Below are positions 46,906-55,108 of a stretch of 64,000 bases of DNA, piece by piece. The notes below the pieces were generated by a model, which had not been told where the DNA came from, made no database searches, and saw only the letters and a program-made list of their open reading frames with translations. A program made the position numbers and the translations under genes. The stretch spans positions 47,643 to 111,642 of the forward strand of contig DCFQ01000021.1 of the NCBI GenBank assembly GCA_002319915.1. The letters are read 5' to 3'. This DNA comes from Bacteroidales bacterium UBA1800 (GTDB taxonomy: Bacteria > Bacteroidota > Bacteroidia > Bacteroidales > VadinHA17). How positions within the stretch are numbered: the first letter of the stretch is position 1; each line of letters starts with the position of its first letter.

Positions 46906-48270
46906 ATGAGAGTACATTTTATTGCGATCGGCGGTGCGGTGATGCATAACCTGGCCATTGCACTGCAGGAAAAAGGTTATAATGTCACAGGTTCTGACGA
47001 TGAGATCTTCGAGCCGTCGCGCTCGCGTCTTGCATCTCACGGCTTGCTACCTCCGGAACCCGGATGGCATCCCGGAAGAGTGACCCCCGACATTGACACT
47101 GTGATCCTGGGGATGCATGCCAGGCAGGATAATCCTGAACTCGGAAGAGCCCTCGAACTCGGCTTAAGGATTATGTCGTTCCCCGAATTCATATATGATC
47201 AGACCAGGAACAAGAAGCGGATCGTGGTGGCCGGAAGCCACGGCAAAACAACAACCACGGCAATGATAATGCATGTGCTCAGGAACCTTGGGATCAGGTT
47301 CGATTACATGGTTGGTTCGCAGATCGACGGATTCGATAATATGGTCGGACTGTCAGATGATTCCGAAATAGCTGTTCTCGAGGGGGATGAGTATCTCACC
47401 TCTGCCCTCGACAGGAGGCCCAAGTTCCACCTTTACATGCCCGACATTGCAATCCTTAACGGGATCGCCTGGGACCATATGAATGTTTTCCCCACATTCA
47501 GCAACTATATCGAACAGTTCAGGATATTCATTTCAAAGATCACCCCGGGGGGCAGCCTGATCTATTATGCTGATGACCCTGAAGTGAATAAGCTTGCCCT
47601 GGAGGCGGAAGGTGATATAAGGAAGATCCCGTACCGGGTTCATGGCTATTTCCAGAACAAGACCGGCTTCTATGCCGCCACCCTCGACAGGACCGTCAGG
47701 GTAAAAGTTTTCGGGGAGCACAATATGCAGAACTTGTCGGCCGCGAAGGAAGCGTGCCTGGCAGTTGGGGTCACGGTGGATGATTTCTATTCATCGGCCG
47801 GCAGCTTTGAAGGAACCGCCAGGCGGCTGCAGCTGATCGCAGAGAACAGCTCCGGTGCCGCCTATCTCGATTTTGCCCATTCTCCTTCAAAGGTAAAGGC
47901 GACTGTCGATGCCACAGCATCGAGGTATCCCGGAAGGAAAATAGTTGCCTGCCTTGAGTTGCATACCTATTCAAGCCTTAACCGCAGCTTCCTCTCAAAT
48001 TACCGGGGAACACTCGACAGCGCTTCAATATCATATATTTATTTCAATCCCAGGCAATTTGAACTAAAGAAGCTTGAGCCATTCACGAAAGAGAGTGTCT
48101 CCGAAGCTTTCGGAGGGAAGAACCTGAAAGTATTTGATGATTCGGCGGAAATGTTCTCCGACATGAAAAGCAGGAGGATCCAGGCGCCAGTGTTCCTTTT
48201 CATGAGCTCCGGCGATTATGACGGCACCGACATTAAAGCACTGGCATCGGAATTGCTTTGTAACAAATAG
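46906..48270 (+). CDS. mpl: Mur-ligase family protein, Mpl-like (UDP-MurNAc:tripeptide ligase)
   Basis: 454 aa. The N-terminus is HFIAIGGAVMHNLAIAL..GYNVTGSDD and the P-loop is GSHGKTTTTAM. The Mpl versus MurC assignment is from N-terminal resemblance only. Confidence 0.65.
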   Translation: MRVHFIAIGGAVMHNLAIALQEKGYNVTGSDDEIFEPSRSRLASHGLLPPEPGWHPGRVTPDIDTVILGMHARQDNPELGRALELGLRIMSFPEFIYDQTRNKKRIVVAGSHGKTTTTAMIMHVLRNLGIRFDYMVGSQIDGFDNMVGLSDDSEIAVLEGDEYLTSALDRRPKFHLYMPDIAILNGIAWDHMNVFPTFSNYIEQFRIFISKITPGGSLIYYADDPEVNKLALEAEGDIRKIPYRVHGYFQNKTGFYAATLDRTVRVKVFGEHNMQNLSAAKEACLAVGVTVDDFYSSAGSFEGTARRLQLIAENSSGAAYLDFAHSPSKVKATVDATASRYPGRKIVACLELHTYSSLNRSFLSNYRGTLDSASISYIYFNPRQFELKKLEPFTKESVSEAFGGKNLKVFDDSAEMFSDMKSRRIQAPVFLFMSSGDYDGTDIKALASELLCNK

Positions 48271-48285
48271 GGCCCTTGTGCGTTT

Positions 48286-48313
48286 TACGGCTATAGGCTC
48301 ACAGGCTGGCGTG
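48286..48313. repeat. solo heptad-periodic arm (GGCT every 7 nt)
   Basis: tacggct ataggct cacaggc tggcgtg. Confidence 0.45.
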
Positions 48314-48363
48314 TTTTATTGCAGCCGGGAAAGATTCGCAAACTTTAATTACTGACAATCGAC

Positions 48364-48834
48364 ATGAAGAAACTGATTTTAGCCATTATCCTTGTGGTCA
48401 CACTCAGCCAGTTCTCGCAGGCACAGGATTATAAGACCAGCCTGGGGCTCAGGGGTGGGCTGCCCGTGGGACTGACTGTAAAACATTTCCTCAGCGACAA
48501 GTATGCGCTTGAAGGAATACTCGGAAGCCGCTGGGGCGGATTCGAGGTAGCCGGGTTATACGAAGTTGAGCAATGGACGGGCCAGTATCCTGCCCTTAAC
48601 TGGTACTGGGGGGCAGGTGCTCACCTCGGCACATGGTCGCAGGGTTACAATCCGAGGATAGCAGCAGCATACAATGGTGCAGTAATAGGCATCGACGGGG
48701 TGATAGGGATCGAATACACATTTGATGAACTCCCGCTCAACCTTTCACTCGATCTCATGCCGGCCATCAACATTATCGGATTTACCGGCTGGGGCGGAAT
48801 AAACGGGGCCTTATCAATAAGATATGTTTTTTGA
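48364..48834 (+). CDS. small outer-membrane beta-barrel protein
   Basis: 156 aa with signal peptide SQFSQAQD, Gly/aromatic strand pattern and a C-terminal F. Confidence 0.6.
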   Translation: MKKLILAIILVVTLSQFSQAQDYKTSLGLRGGLPVGLTVKHFLSDKYALEGILGSRWGGFEVAGLYEVEQWTGQYPALNWYWGAGAHLGTWSQGYNPRIAAAYNGAVIGIDGVIGIEYTFDELPLNLSLDLMPAINIIGFTGWGGINGALSIRYVF

Positions 48835-48900
48835 GAAAATATTTTGCAGATATAAAAAAACATCGTTTCTTTGCATCCGCATTTAAAAAGTTCTTTAAAC

Positions 48901-48975
48901 GGTCCATTCGTCTAGTGGTTAGGACGTCAGGTTTTCATCCTGGTAACAGGGGTTCGATTCCCCTATGGACTACCA
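48901..48975 (+). tRNA. tRNA-Glu (anticodon UUC), CCA encoded
   Basis: Cloverleaf folded by hand: acceptor GGTCCAT/ATGGACT, anticodon loop TT-TTC-AT, T-arm AGGGG-TTCGATT-CCCCT. Confidence 0.9.
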
Positions 48976-49007
48976 AAAATATTACGGAAATAATTAATTA
49001 ATCAGGA

Positions 49008-49262
49008 ATGGCAAACCATAAGTCGTCGGAGAAGCGCATCAGGCAGATAAAAACTAAGAAGGAAAGCAACAAGTATTATGCAAAAACCATGCGTAATGCT
49101 CTCAAGACTATCAGAACAAATACTAACAAGGAAGAAGCTACAGCGCTTCTACCCAAGATGAATTCAATGCTCGACAAGCTGGCAAAGAAGAACATCATCC
49201 ATAAGAACAAGGCTTCAAACCTTAAGTCTTCGCTGGTTAAGCATGTCGACGGCCTGAAATAG
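49008..49262 (+). CDS. rpsT: 30S ribosomal protein S20
   Basis: 84 aa. MANHKSSEKRIRQ... is the canonical S20 N-terminus. Confidence 0.95.
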   Translation: MANHKSSEKRIRQIKTKKESNKYYAKTMRNALKTIRTNTNKEEATALLPKMNSMLDKLAKKNIIHKNKASNLKSSLVKHVDGLK

Positions 49263-49285
49263 GGCTGTATAACAAATTATATTCC

Positions 49286-49311
49286 AAGGGCTCCTGAACG
49301 GGGCCTTTTTT
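49286..49311 (+). terminator. rho-independent terminator after rpsT
   Basis: aagggctcc-tgaac-ggggcctt stem (2 G.U pairs) followed by a T-run. Confidence 0.65.
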
Positions 49312-49378
49312 GTATCATGCCCCCTGATCCCTGGTTTACTAACCAAGAGCGTAATTTCTGACTTTGTACATCGAACCA

Positions 49379-49545
49379 GCCTTTGTGCAACTTTGAGCTG
49401 CACTTTGTGTACCTTTGTGTTTCAAACAATTACCTGCAACCACAAAGGTTCACTAAGGTCCCGATAGCTATCGGGATCACAAAGGTAACCAAAGCAACTG
49501 CATTACGGAATTGCAATTCTGTGCCTCCTCCGTGCTCTCTGTGTA
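49379..49545. repeat. composite intergenic element: CTTTGTG/CACAAAG hairpin + 18-bp perfect palindrome + CTCCGTG/CTCTGTG arm
   Basis: ctttgtgcaactttgagctgcactttgtgtacctttgtg ... cacaaaggttcactaagg; TCCCGATAGCTATCGGGA at 49459-49476; gtgcctcctccgtgctctctgtgt at the 3' end. Confidence 0.75.
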
Positions 49546-49588
49546 ACTTTTTATTCTTAACTTTATCCTGATTCATCTCTCTCGCTGC

Positions 49589-50272
49589 ATGTCACTTAAA
49601 ATCACAGACTGGGCTGTTGAGGACAGACCCAGGGAAAAACTGATCGCCAAAGGTATGTCGAGCCTCAGCGATGCCGAATTACTGGCAATCCTCATCAGCT
49701 CGGGCACAAGGAACAAATCGGCTGTCGATCTTGGAAGGGAGCTTCTGGGGCTGGCAGGGAACAACCTTAATTCGCTTGGAAAGCTCTCGGTCGCCGAACT
49801 GAGAAAGATCCGCGGAATCGGCCCGGCGCGGGCTGTCATAATCTCAGCCGCTCTTGAGCTCGGCCGACGCAGGAAACTCGCTGAACTTCCCGAGGTAAGC
49901 CAGATCAAATGTTCAAGGGATGTGGCTGATATTTTCCAGCCGGTGCTCTCCGATCTTGCCCATGAGGAGTTCTGGGTCCTCTTCCTCAACAGGTCGAACA
50001 GGGTGACCGGAAAGATGAAGATCAGCCAGGGCGGAGTGAGCGGAACCGTTACGGATGTGAGGATCATAATGAAACAGGCTGTTGAGTTCCTGGCCTCCGG
50101 CATCATCGTCTGCCATAACCATCCTTCAGGCAACCTGAATCCGAGTGAGTCTGACTCGAAGATCACCCACAAGATCCGTGAGGCAGGGAATCTCCTGGAT
50201 ATTCAGCTCCTCGACCATATCATCATTTCCGGGATGGATTACTTCAGCTTCGCTGATAACGGGATGATCTGA
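49589..50272 (+). CDS. radC: RadC-family JAB-domain protein
   Basis: 227 aa with an N-terminal HhH region (RPREKL...LSDAELLAILI.SG) and the JAMM motif HNHPSG. Confidence 0.9.
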   Translation: MSLKITDWAVEDRPREKLIAKGMSSLSDAELLAILISSGTRNKSAVDLGRELLGLAGNNLNSLGKLSVAELRKIRGIGPARAVIISAALELGRRRKLAELPEVSQIKCSRDVADIFQPVLSDLAHEEFWVLFLNRSNRVTGKMKISQGGVSGTVTDVRIIMKQAVEFLASGIIVCHNHPSGNLNPSESDSKITHKIREAGNLLDIQLLDHIIISGMDYFSFADNGMI

Positions 50273-50282
50273 GTTGGAAAAG

Positions 50283-50372
50283 GGTCACACAGAGGCTCCG
50301 GAGGAGGCACAGAGTGGCACAGAGATTCAGTGCTCTCCGTGTCTTCTCCGTGTCCCGATAGCTATCGGGATC
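50283..50372. repeat. CACAGAG/CGGAGG hairpin element ending in the 18-bp perfect palindrome
   Basis: cacacagaggctccggaggaggcacagagtggcacagag / tgctctccgtgtcttctccgtg; TCCCGATAGCTATCGGGA at 50353-50370. It overlaps the last ~15 codons of folK. Confidence 0.75.
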
Positions 50373-50863
50373 GGTGTAATAAAATTCCTCACTTCGCTCT
50401 TATCCCTGCACTCTTCCAGTAACTCAGAAAATGTCCGGTTCAATACAGGGTGCATTTCCCCGGGGATCAGATCGCACAACGGGACCAGGACAAACCTTCT
50501 TTCCTGGATGAGAGGATGAGGAACCACAAGCTGCGGCTGGTCAATTACCATGTTGCCATAAAGTAATATGTCGATATCGATGGTCCTGGAGGAATAGCGC
50601 TCGCTTCCCCTCACCCTGCCGAGTTCCGTCTCGATACCCTGGAGTGTTTCGAGCAATTCCTCCGGTACCTGCCGGCAGATTGCCTTTGCGACCATATTCA
50701 GGAACCTTGCACTGCTCTCAAATCCCCATGGCTCCGTTTCATAGATCTTTGATACTGCAGCAATTTCTCCCGTAACGGAACCGATCCGCTCAAGAGCCCT
50801 CCTGAGATTATCCTCCCTGTTACCCAGGTTTGAACCAAGACCGAGAAATACTTCTGCCTCCAT
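50327..50863 (-). CDS. folK: 2-amino-4-hydroxy-6-hydroxymethyldihydropteridine diphosphokinase (HPPK)
   Basis: GLGSNLGNRE, YETEPWG, DIDILLYG, PHPLIQERRFVLVPLCDL. The C-terminal ~15 aa (ITPIPIAIGTRRRHGEH) are encoded by the repeat element. Confidence 0.9.
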   Translation of the reverse strand: MEAEVFLGLGSNLGNREDNLRRALERIGSVTGEIAAVSKIYETEPWGFESSARFLNMVAKAICRQVPEELLETLQGIETELGRVRGSERYSSRTIDIDILLYGNMVIDQPQLVVPHPLIQERRFVLVPLCDLIPGEMHPVLNRTFSELLEECRDKSEVRNFITPIPIAIGTRRRHGEH

Positions 50864-50963
50864 GAAACCAAACTTTTGATAAAATTATTAATTCTTTTCC
50901 TCAACAATTTAATCACTTTGTTTTTTATATATTTAAAACCCATTAAATTAAAGCATTCCCGAA

Positions 50964-52733
50964 ATGAAAGATTTCCTTAAATACACGCTCGCCACAATAG
51001 TAGGAATTATCCTGGCCACGATCCTTTTTTTCGTCATATTGCTTTTTACCCTCAGTGCAGCAGTTGCATCGGGAGATAAGCCGGTGGCTGTCGCCGAGAA
51101 TTCCGTCCTTGTGCTTAAGGCAGGGGTCGAGATACCCGACCGAGCAAATCCGGGGCCATTTTCCGGCATCGATCTTCTTAACCTGGAACCTTCATCCATT
51201 GCGGGATTGAACGAGATCCTCGCCGATCTGAAGAAGGCAGAAACCGACAGCAGGATCAAAGGAGTGCTGATCGAGAACGGGCTTGCAACTTCCGGGTGGG
51301 CAACGGCGGAAGAGATCAGGGATGCGCTGACGGAATTCAGAAAGTCAGGCAAATTCGTCATAGCCTGGTCGGATTATGTTCTTTTACAGCAGGGATATTA
51401 TCTATCGACCGCAGCAGGCAAAATATATATCAGCCCTGAATCGACCGTTGATTTCAAGGGGCTCAGCGGCGATGTGCTCTTTTACAAGGGGGCGCTCGAC
51501 AAGCTGGGTGTGCAGGTACAGGTTACCAGGCACGGGAAATTCAAGGGTGCCGTGGAGCCATATATCCTCGACAGGCTCAGCAAGGAAAACGAAGAGCAGA
51601 TTAAAAGCTATGTCGGATCGATATGGGACCATGTGATTGAAAACATTTCCCTGTCGAGGAACCTTTCCCCTGAACGCCTTCGAAATATTGCGGACAGCCT
51701 CACTGCATATTCCGCAAAAGGGGCCTTCAGGAACAGGCTTGTCGACGGACTGATCTACAGGGATGCCCTTATCGACAGCCTCAAAACCCTTTCCGGGTTG
51801 AAAACAGACGACAAGCTTAACCTTGTGCCTATGACTAAATATACCAGGGTGCCTGATCCTAAAAGAATGGTCTCGGCAAGAAACAAGATTGCCGTGATCT
51901 TTGCCCAGGGAACTATTGTAATGGGAAAGGGAAATGAGACCAATATCGGGGGAAACTCATACGCTGAGCTTATCAGGAAGCAGAGGAAGGACTCCTCCAT
52001 TAAAGCCATTGTGCTAAGGGTCAATTCACCCGGCGGCAATGCCATCGCATCTGACATTATCTGGCGTGAAGTGGAGCTGACTGCGAAAGAAAAGCCTGTC
52101 GTCATATCCATGGGGAACTATGCCGCTTCGGGGGGTTATTATATAGCAGCCCCCGGAACGACTATAATCGCAGACCCCACAACAATTACGGGTTCGATAG
52201 GTGTCTTCGGATTGCTTCCCAACACTGCAGATCTATTTAACAAGAAGCTCGGTATTTCGACACAGGCGGTGAACACTAACAAGAACTCAGATTTCCCCTC
52301 AGTTTACAGGCCGATGACGGGTTACGAAAAGGATGTCATGCAGATCAATATTGATAACTTTTACAGCAGCTTCATTAACAAGGTTGCAGCAGGAAGGAAG
52401 CTATCACCGGCAAGGGTCGACAGCATCGCCCAGGGAAGGGTATGGAGCGCCCCCAAAGCCCTGGAGATAGGGCTGGTTGACAAGATTGGCGGGCTAGACT
52501 CTGCCGTGGCCGAAGCCGCGAGGCTCGCCGGCATCCGGACATATTCACTCAGGGAGCTCCCTGTCCCTGAAGATCCCTACACAAGGTTGATATCAATGCT
52601 CAGCAACGAGGTCAGAATGCGAATCCTGAACAATCATCTTGGTGAATACAGGAATGTCGTTGAGGAACTGCAGAATCTTGAAGAGCTTTCCGGGGTCCAG
52701 GCAAGGATGCCATATTTCATTGAAGTTCACTAA
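50964..52733 (+). CDS. sppA: signal peptide peptidase SppA, 67K type
   Basis: 589 aa with an N-terminal TM helix and two ClpP/crotonase-like halves (VLRVNSPGGNAIASD, MGNYAASGGYYIA). Confidence 0.9.
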   Translation: MKDFLKYTLATIVGIILATILFFVILLFTLSAAVASGDKPVAVAENSVLVLKAGVEIPDRANPGPFSGIDLLNLEPSSIAGLNEILADLKKAETDSRIKGVLIENGLATSGWATAEEIRDALTEFRKSGKFVIAWSDYVLLQQGYYLSTAAGKIYISPESTVDFKGLSGDVLFYKGALDKLGVQVQVTRHGKFKGAVEPYILDRLSKENEEQIKSYVGSIWDHVIENISLSRNLSPERLRNIADSLTAYSAKGAFRNRLVDGLIYRDALIDSLKTLSGLKTDDKLNLVPMTKYTRVPDPKRMVSARNKIAVIFAQGTIVMGKGNETNIGGNSYAELIRKQRKDSSIKAIVLRVNSPGGNAIASDIIWREVELTAKEKPVVISMGNYAASGGYYIAAPGTTIIADPTTITGSIGVFGLLPNTADLFNKKLGISTQAVNTNKNSDFPSVYRPMTGYEKDVMQINIDNFYSSFINKVAAGRKLSPARVDSIAQGRVWSAPKALEIGLVDKIGGLDSAVAEAARLAGIRTYSLRELPVPEDPYTRLISMLSNEVRMRILNNHLGEYRNVVEELQNLEELSGVQARMPYFIEVH

Positions 52734-52736
52734 GAC

Positions 52737-53828
52737 ATGGCTAACGGAAGACTCTGGCCGCTTTACCCCTTCTCCATCGTCTACAGGCTGATTACCGACA
52801 TCAGGAATATTCTCTACGATACCGGTATCCTTCATTCAGTGAAATTTGAAATACCTGTGATCTGCATCGGGAATATCACTGTGGGCGGAACCGGCAAAAC
52901 ACCGCACACGGAGTACATCGCCGGCCTGCTGAAAGATGAATTCCACACCGCCGTTCTGAGCAGAGGATATGGGAGAAAGACCAGGGGGTATCTCGAGGTG
53001 GGCAGTGATAGTGCTGCAAACGCTTCCGGCGATGAGCCCCTACAGGTCGCCCTCAGTTTCCCGGATGTCCTTGTGGCGGTCGACGGCGACAGGGTCCACG
53101 GGGTGAATAATATCCGGAGCAGACATCCTGAGACCGGAGTTATTCTGCTTGACGATGCATTTCAGCACCGGAGGATAAGGGCAGGGTTGACAATCCTTCT
53201 CACCGATTATAACCGGCTGATGACAAGGGATTTCATTCTCCCTTTCGGGCGTTTGCGTGAAAAACGGGCAAATGCAGCCAGGGCTAATATAATAATCGTC
53301 ACAAAATGCCCCCCGGATATGGGAAGAGCAGAAATGGAAAAGCTGCAACACGAACTGAATACCTGTCCTCAACAGGAGCTTTTCTTCACAACCCTGACGT
53401 ATTCCTGTCCAAAACCGGTATATCCCGGTAATTCAAGGGAGCTGAGCCTGGCGGAGGATGCATCGGGGAAGCAGGGTGCAGTCCTTGTTACAGGAATCGC
53501 TTCCCCCGGACCATTAAAGCTCTATCTTCAGAAATATTTCGGGGAGATATCACATATCGGTTTCCCTGATCACCATTATTACAGCCCCGGGGACATTAAG
53601 AGAATATCTGTTGCCTTCAAAAACCTGAAATCTCCCGGGAAACTGATCCTTACAACTGCGAAGGATGCGGTCAGGTTAAGGGAATTTGCTAATATTGCCC
53701 CCGAAATAAAGGAAGCTTTTTTCTATGTGCCCGTAAGCGTGATCTTTCTGGGCGGCGGGAAACAGGAATTTGACAACATCATTTACACTTATGCTGGAAA
53801 AAGTAATAAAAACCACCCAGTTCCTTAA
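52737..53828 (+). CDS. lpxK: tetraacyldisaccharide 4'-kinase
   Basis: 363 aa with the P-loop GNITVGGTGKTP and SRGYGRK. Confidence 0.9.
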   Translation: MANGRLWPLYPFSIVYRLITDIRNILYDTGILHSVKFEIPVICIGNITVGGTGKTPHTEYIAGLLKDEFHTAVLSRGYGRKTRGYLEVGSDSAANASGDEPLQVALSFPDVLVAVDGDRVHGVNNIRSRHPETGVILLDDAFQHRRIRAGLTILLTDYNRLMTRDFILPFGRLREKRANAARANIIIVTKCPPDMGRAEMEKLQHELNTCPQQELFFTTLTYSCPKPVYPGNSRELSLAEDASGKQGAVLVTGIASPGPLKLYLQKYFGEISHIGFPDHHYYSPGDIKRISVAFKNLKSPGKLILTTAKDAVRLREFANIAPEIKEAFFYVPVSVIFLGGGKQEFDNIIYTYAGKSNKNHPVP

Positions 53829-54600
53829 ATCTAACGGGATAATCGATCCGGTTGCCGGGATTGTCCTGGGGACAGGCCTTGGCGGGCTTGCCGCAAAAAT
53901 TGAGAACCCTCTCATAATCGATTACAGGGATATTCCGAATTTTCCGGTTTCCACAGTCGAAGGGCATGAGGGCAGGCTCATCTACGGCGATTTCGGGGGA
54001 AGGAAGATAGTTGCCATGAAAGGGAGGTTCCATTACTATGAAGGATACTCCCCGGAACAGATAGCACTTCCTGTCAGGGTCCTGAAATACCTGGGAATCA
54101 AATCGTTGTTCCTTTCGAATGCAGCCGGGGGTGTGAATCCGTCTTTTGAGATTGGGGACATTATGATCATCACCGATCATATAAACCTTATGCCAAATCC
54201 CCTTGCCGGGTCAAATGATGAAAGGATCGGCCCTCGTTTCCCGGATATGAGTGCATCATACGATATAAACCTGATAAACAAGGCGATCGAAATTGCCGGG
54301 CAGAATGGGATAAGAGTCCGCAAGGGAGTTTACCTCGGTACCACGGGACCAACATTCGAGACGCCTGCAGAGTATAGGTACTTCAGGGTCATCGGTGCGG
54401 ATTCGGTCGGGATGTCGACGGTGCCGGAGGTGATCGTCGCACGCCACATGGGTCTTTCTTGCTTTGCCGTAAGCATCATAACTGACCTGGGAGTGGAGGG
54501 GAAGATCGAGTACACCACCCACAGGTCGGTCCAGGCCGAAGCTGCAAAGGCAGAGGCCCGGATGACGGTGATAATGACGGGGCTTATATCATCGTTGTGA
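53791..54600 (+). CDS. purine nucleoside phosphorylase (trimeric PNP family)
   Basis: GIVLGTGLGGL, STVEGHEGRL, GRFHYYEGY, GMSTVPEV. The start is set at MLEKVIK and overlaps the lpxK end. Confidence 0.85.
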   Translation: MLEKVIKTTQFLKSNGIIDPVAGIVLGTGLGGLAAKIENPLIIDYRDIPNFPVSTVEGHEGRLIYGDFGGRKIVAMKGRFHYYEGYSPEQIALPVRVLKYLGIKSLFLSNAAGGVNPSFEIGDIMIITDHINLMPNPLAGSNDERIGPRFPDMSASYDINLINKAIEIAGQNGIRVRKGVYLGTTGPTFETPAEYRYFRVIGADSVGMSTVPEVIVARHMGLSCFAVSIITDLGVEGKIEYTTHRSVQAEAAKAEARMTVIMTGLISSL

Positions 54601-54610
54601 CTCTTGTTTT

Positions 54611-55078
54611 TACTACAAAGGATCACAAAGTTCTCCACTAAGTCGCACTAAGGCTCATAGAACTACACGCTTAATTCCGGATTTCAAATGTTCAACGTTG
54701 AAATTAATTAAAAGCCCTAATCTGCATCCTGACAACTTCAAATAAGTTAGAATCTGGGCCAGGTGAATATCTGCTAACGCTTCTATTGATTTCACCTCAA
54801 CAATAATACTGTCTTCAACTAACAAATCCAGTCAATAGCCTGCTTCTAATCTGACAGATCTGCAAATTAACGGTAATGGAATTTGTTTGTTGACTTTAAC
54901 ACCTGAATGCTCTAATTCATAAAATAAACATTCAACATAAGCACTCTCCAATAGTCCTGGTCCCAGGGCAGAATGGATTCTAAATTAACAATCCAAAATA
55001 TTCTTAAACAGCTTTTCAATGTCCATATCAAAATTATTTTCTTTGTGCGACTTTGTGAGAACCTTAGTGACCCTTCAT
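54611..55078. mobile_element. hairpin-flanked cassette: ~37-nt imperfect inverted arms (CACAAAG/CACTAAG modules) enclosing a decayed GxxExxY ORF
   Basis: The left arm acaaaggatcacaaagttctccactaagtcgcactaagg is collinear with the reverse complement of the right arm (gaagggtcactaaggttctcacaaagtcgcacaaag). The interior is AT-rich. Mobility is inferred, not shown. Confidence 0.4.
54655..55074 (-). pseudogene. GxxExxY-family (PD-(D/E)XK nuclease-like) pseudogene
   Basis: The minus strand reads ...ENNFDMDIEKLFKNILDC*FRIHSALGPGLLESAYVECLFYELEHSGVKVNKQIPLPLICRSVRLEAGY*LDLLVEDSIIVEVKSIEALADIHLAQILTYLKLSGCRLGLLINFNVEHLKSGIKRVVL*. The in-frame stops are TAA (54985-54987) and TGA (54832-54834). Confidence 0.8.
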
Positions 55079-55108
55079 GGTAAATCTCAATTCCATGAAT
55101 TGAAGTTT

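Noticed and set aside
49589-50272. radC as cargo of a mobile or anti-defence island
   Set aside because: Its length and its HhH + JAMM architecture match the conserved chromosomal RadC, its composition matches the backbone, and no mobility genes are nearby. Only the flanking repeats are unusual, and those are reported separately.
54832-54987. In-frame TAA and TGA in the GxxExxY ORF as stop-codon recoding or an alternative genetic code
   Set aside because: All other genes in the window terminate normally with standard stops. Two different stop codons in one small AT-rich ORF are better explained by pseudogenisation.
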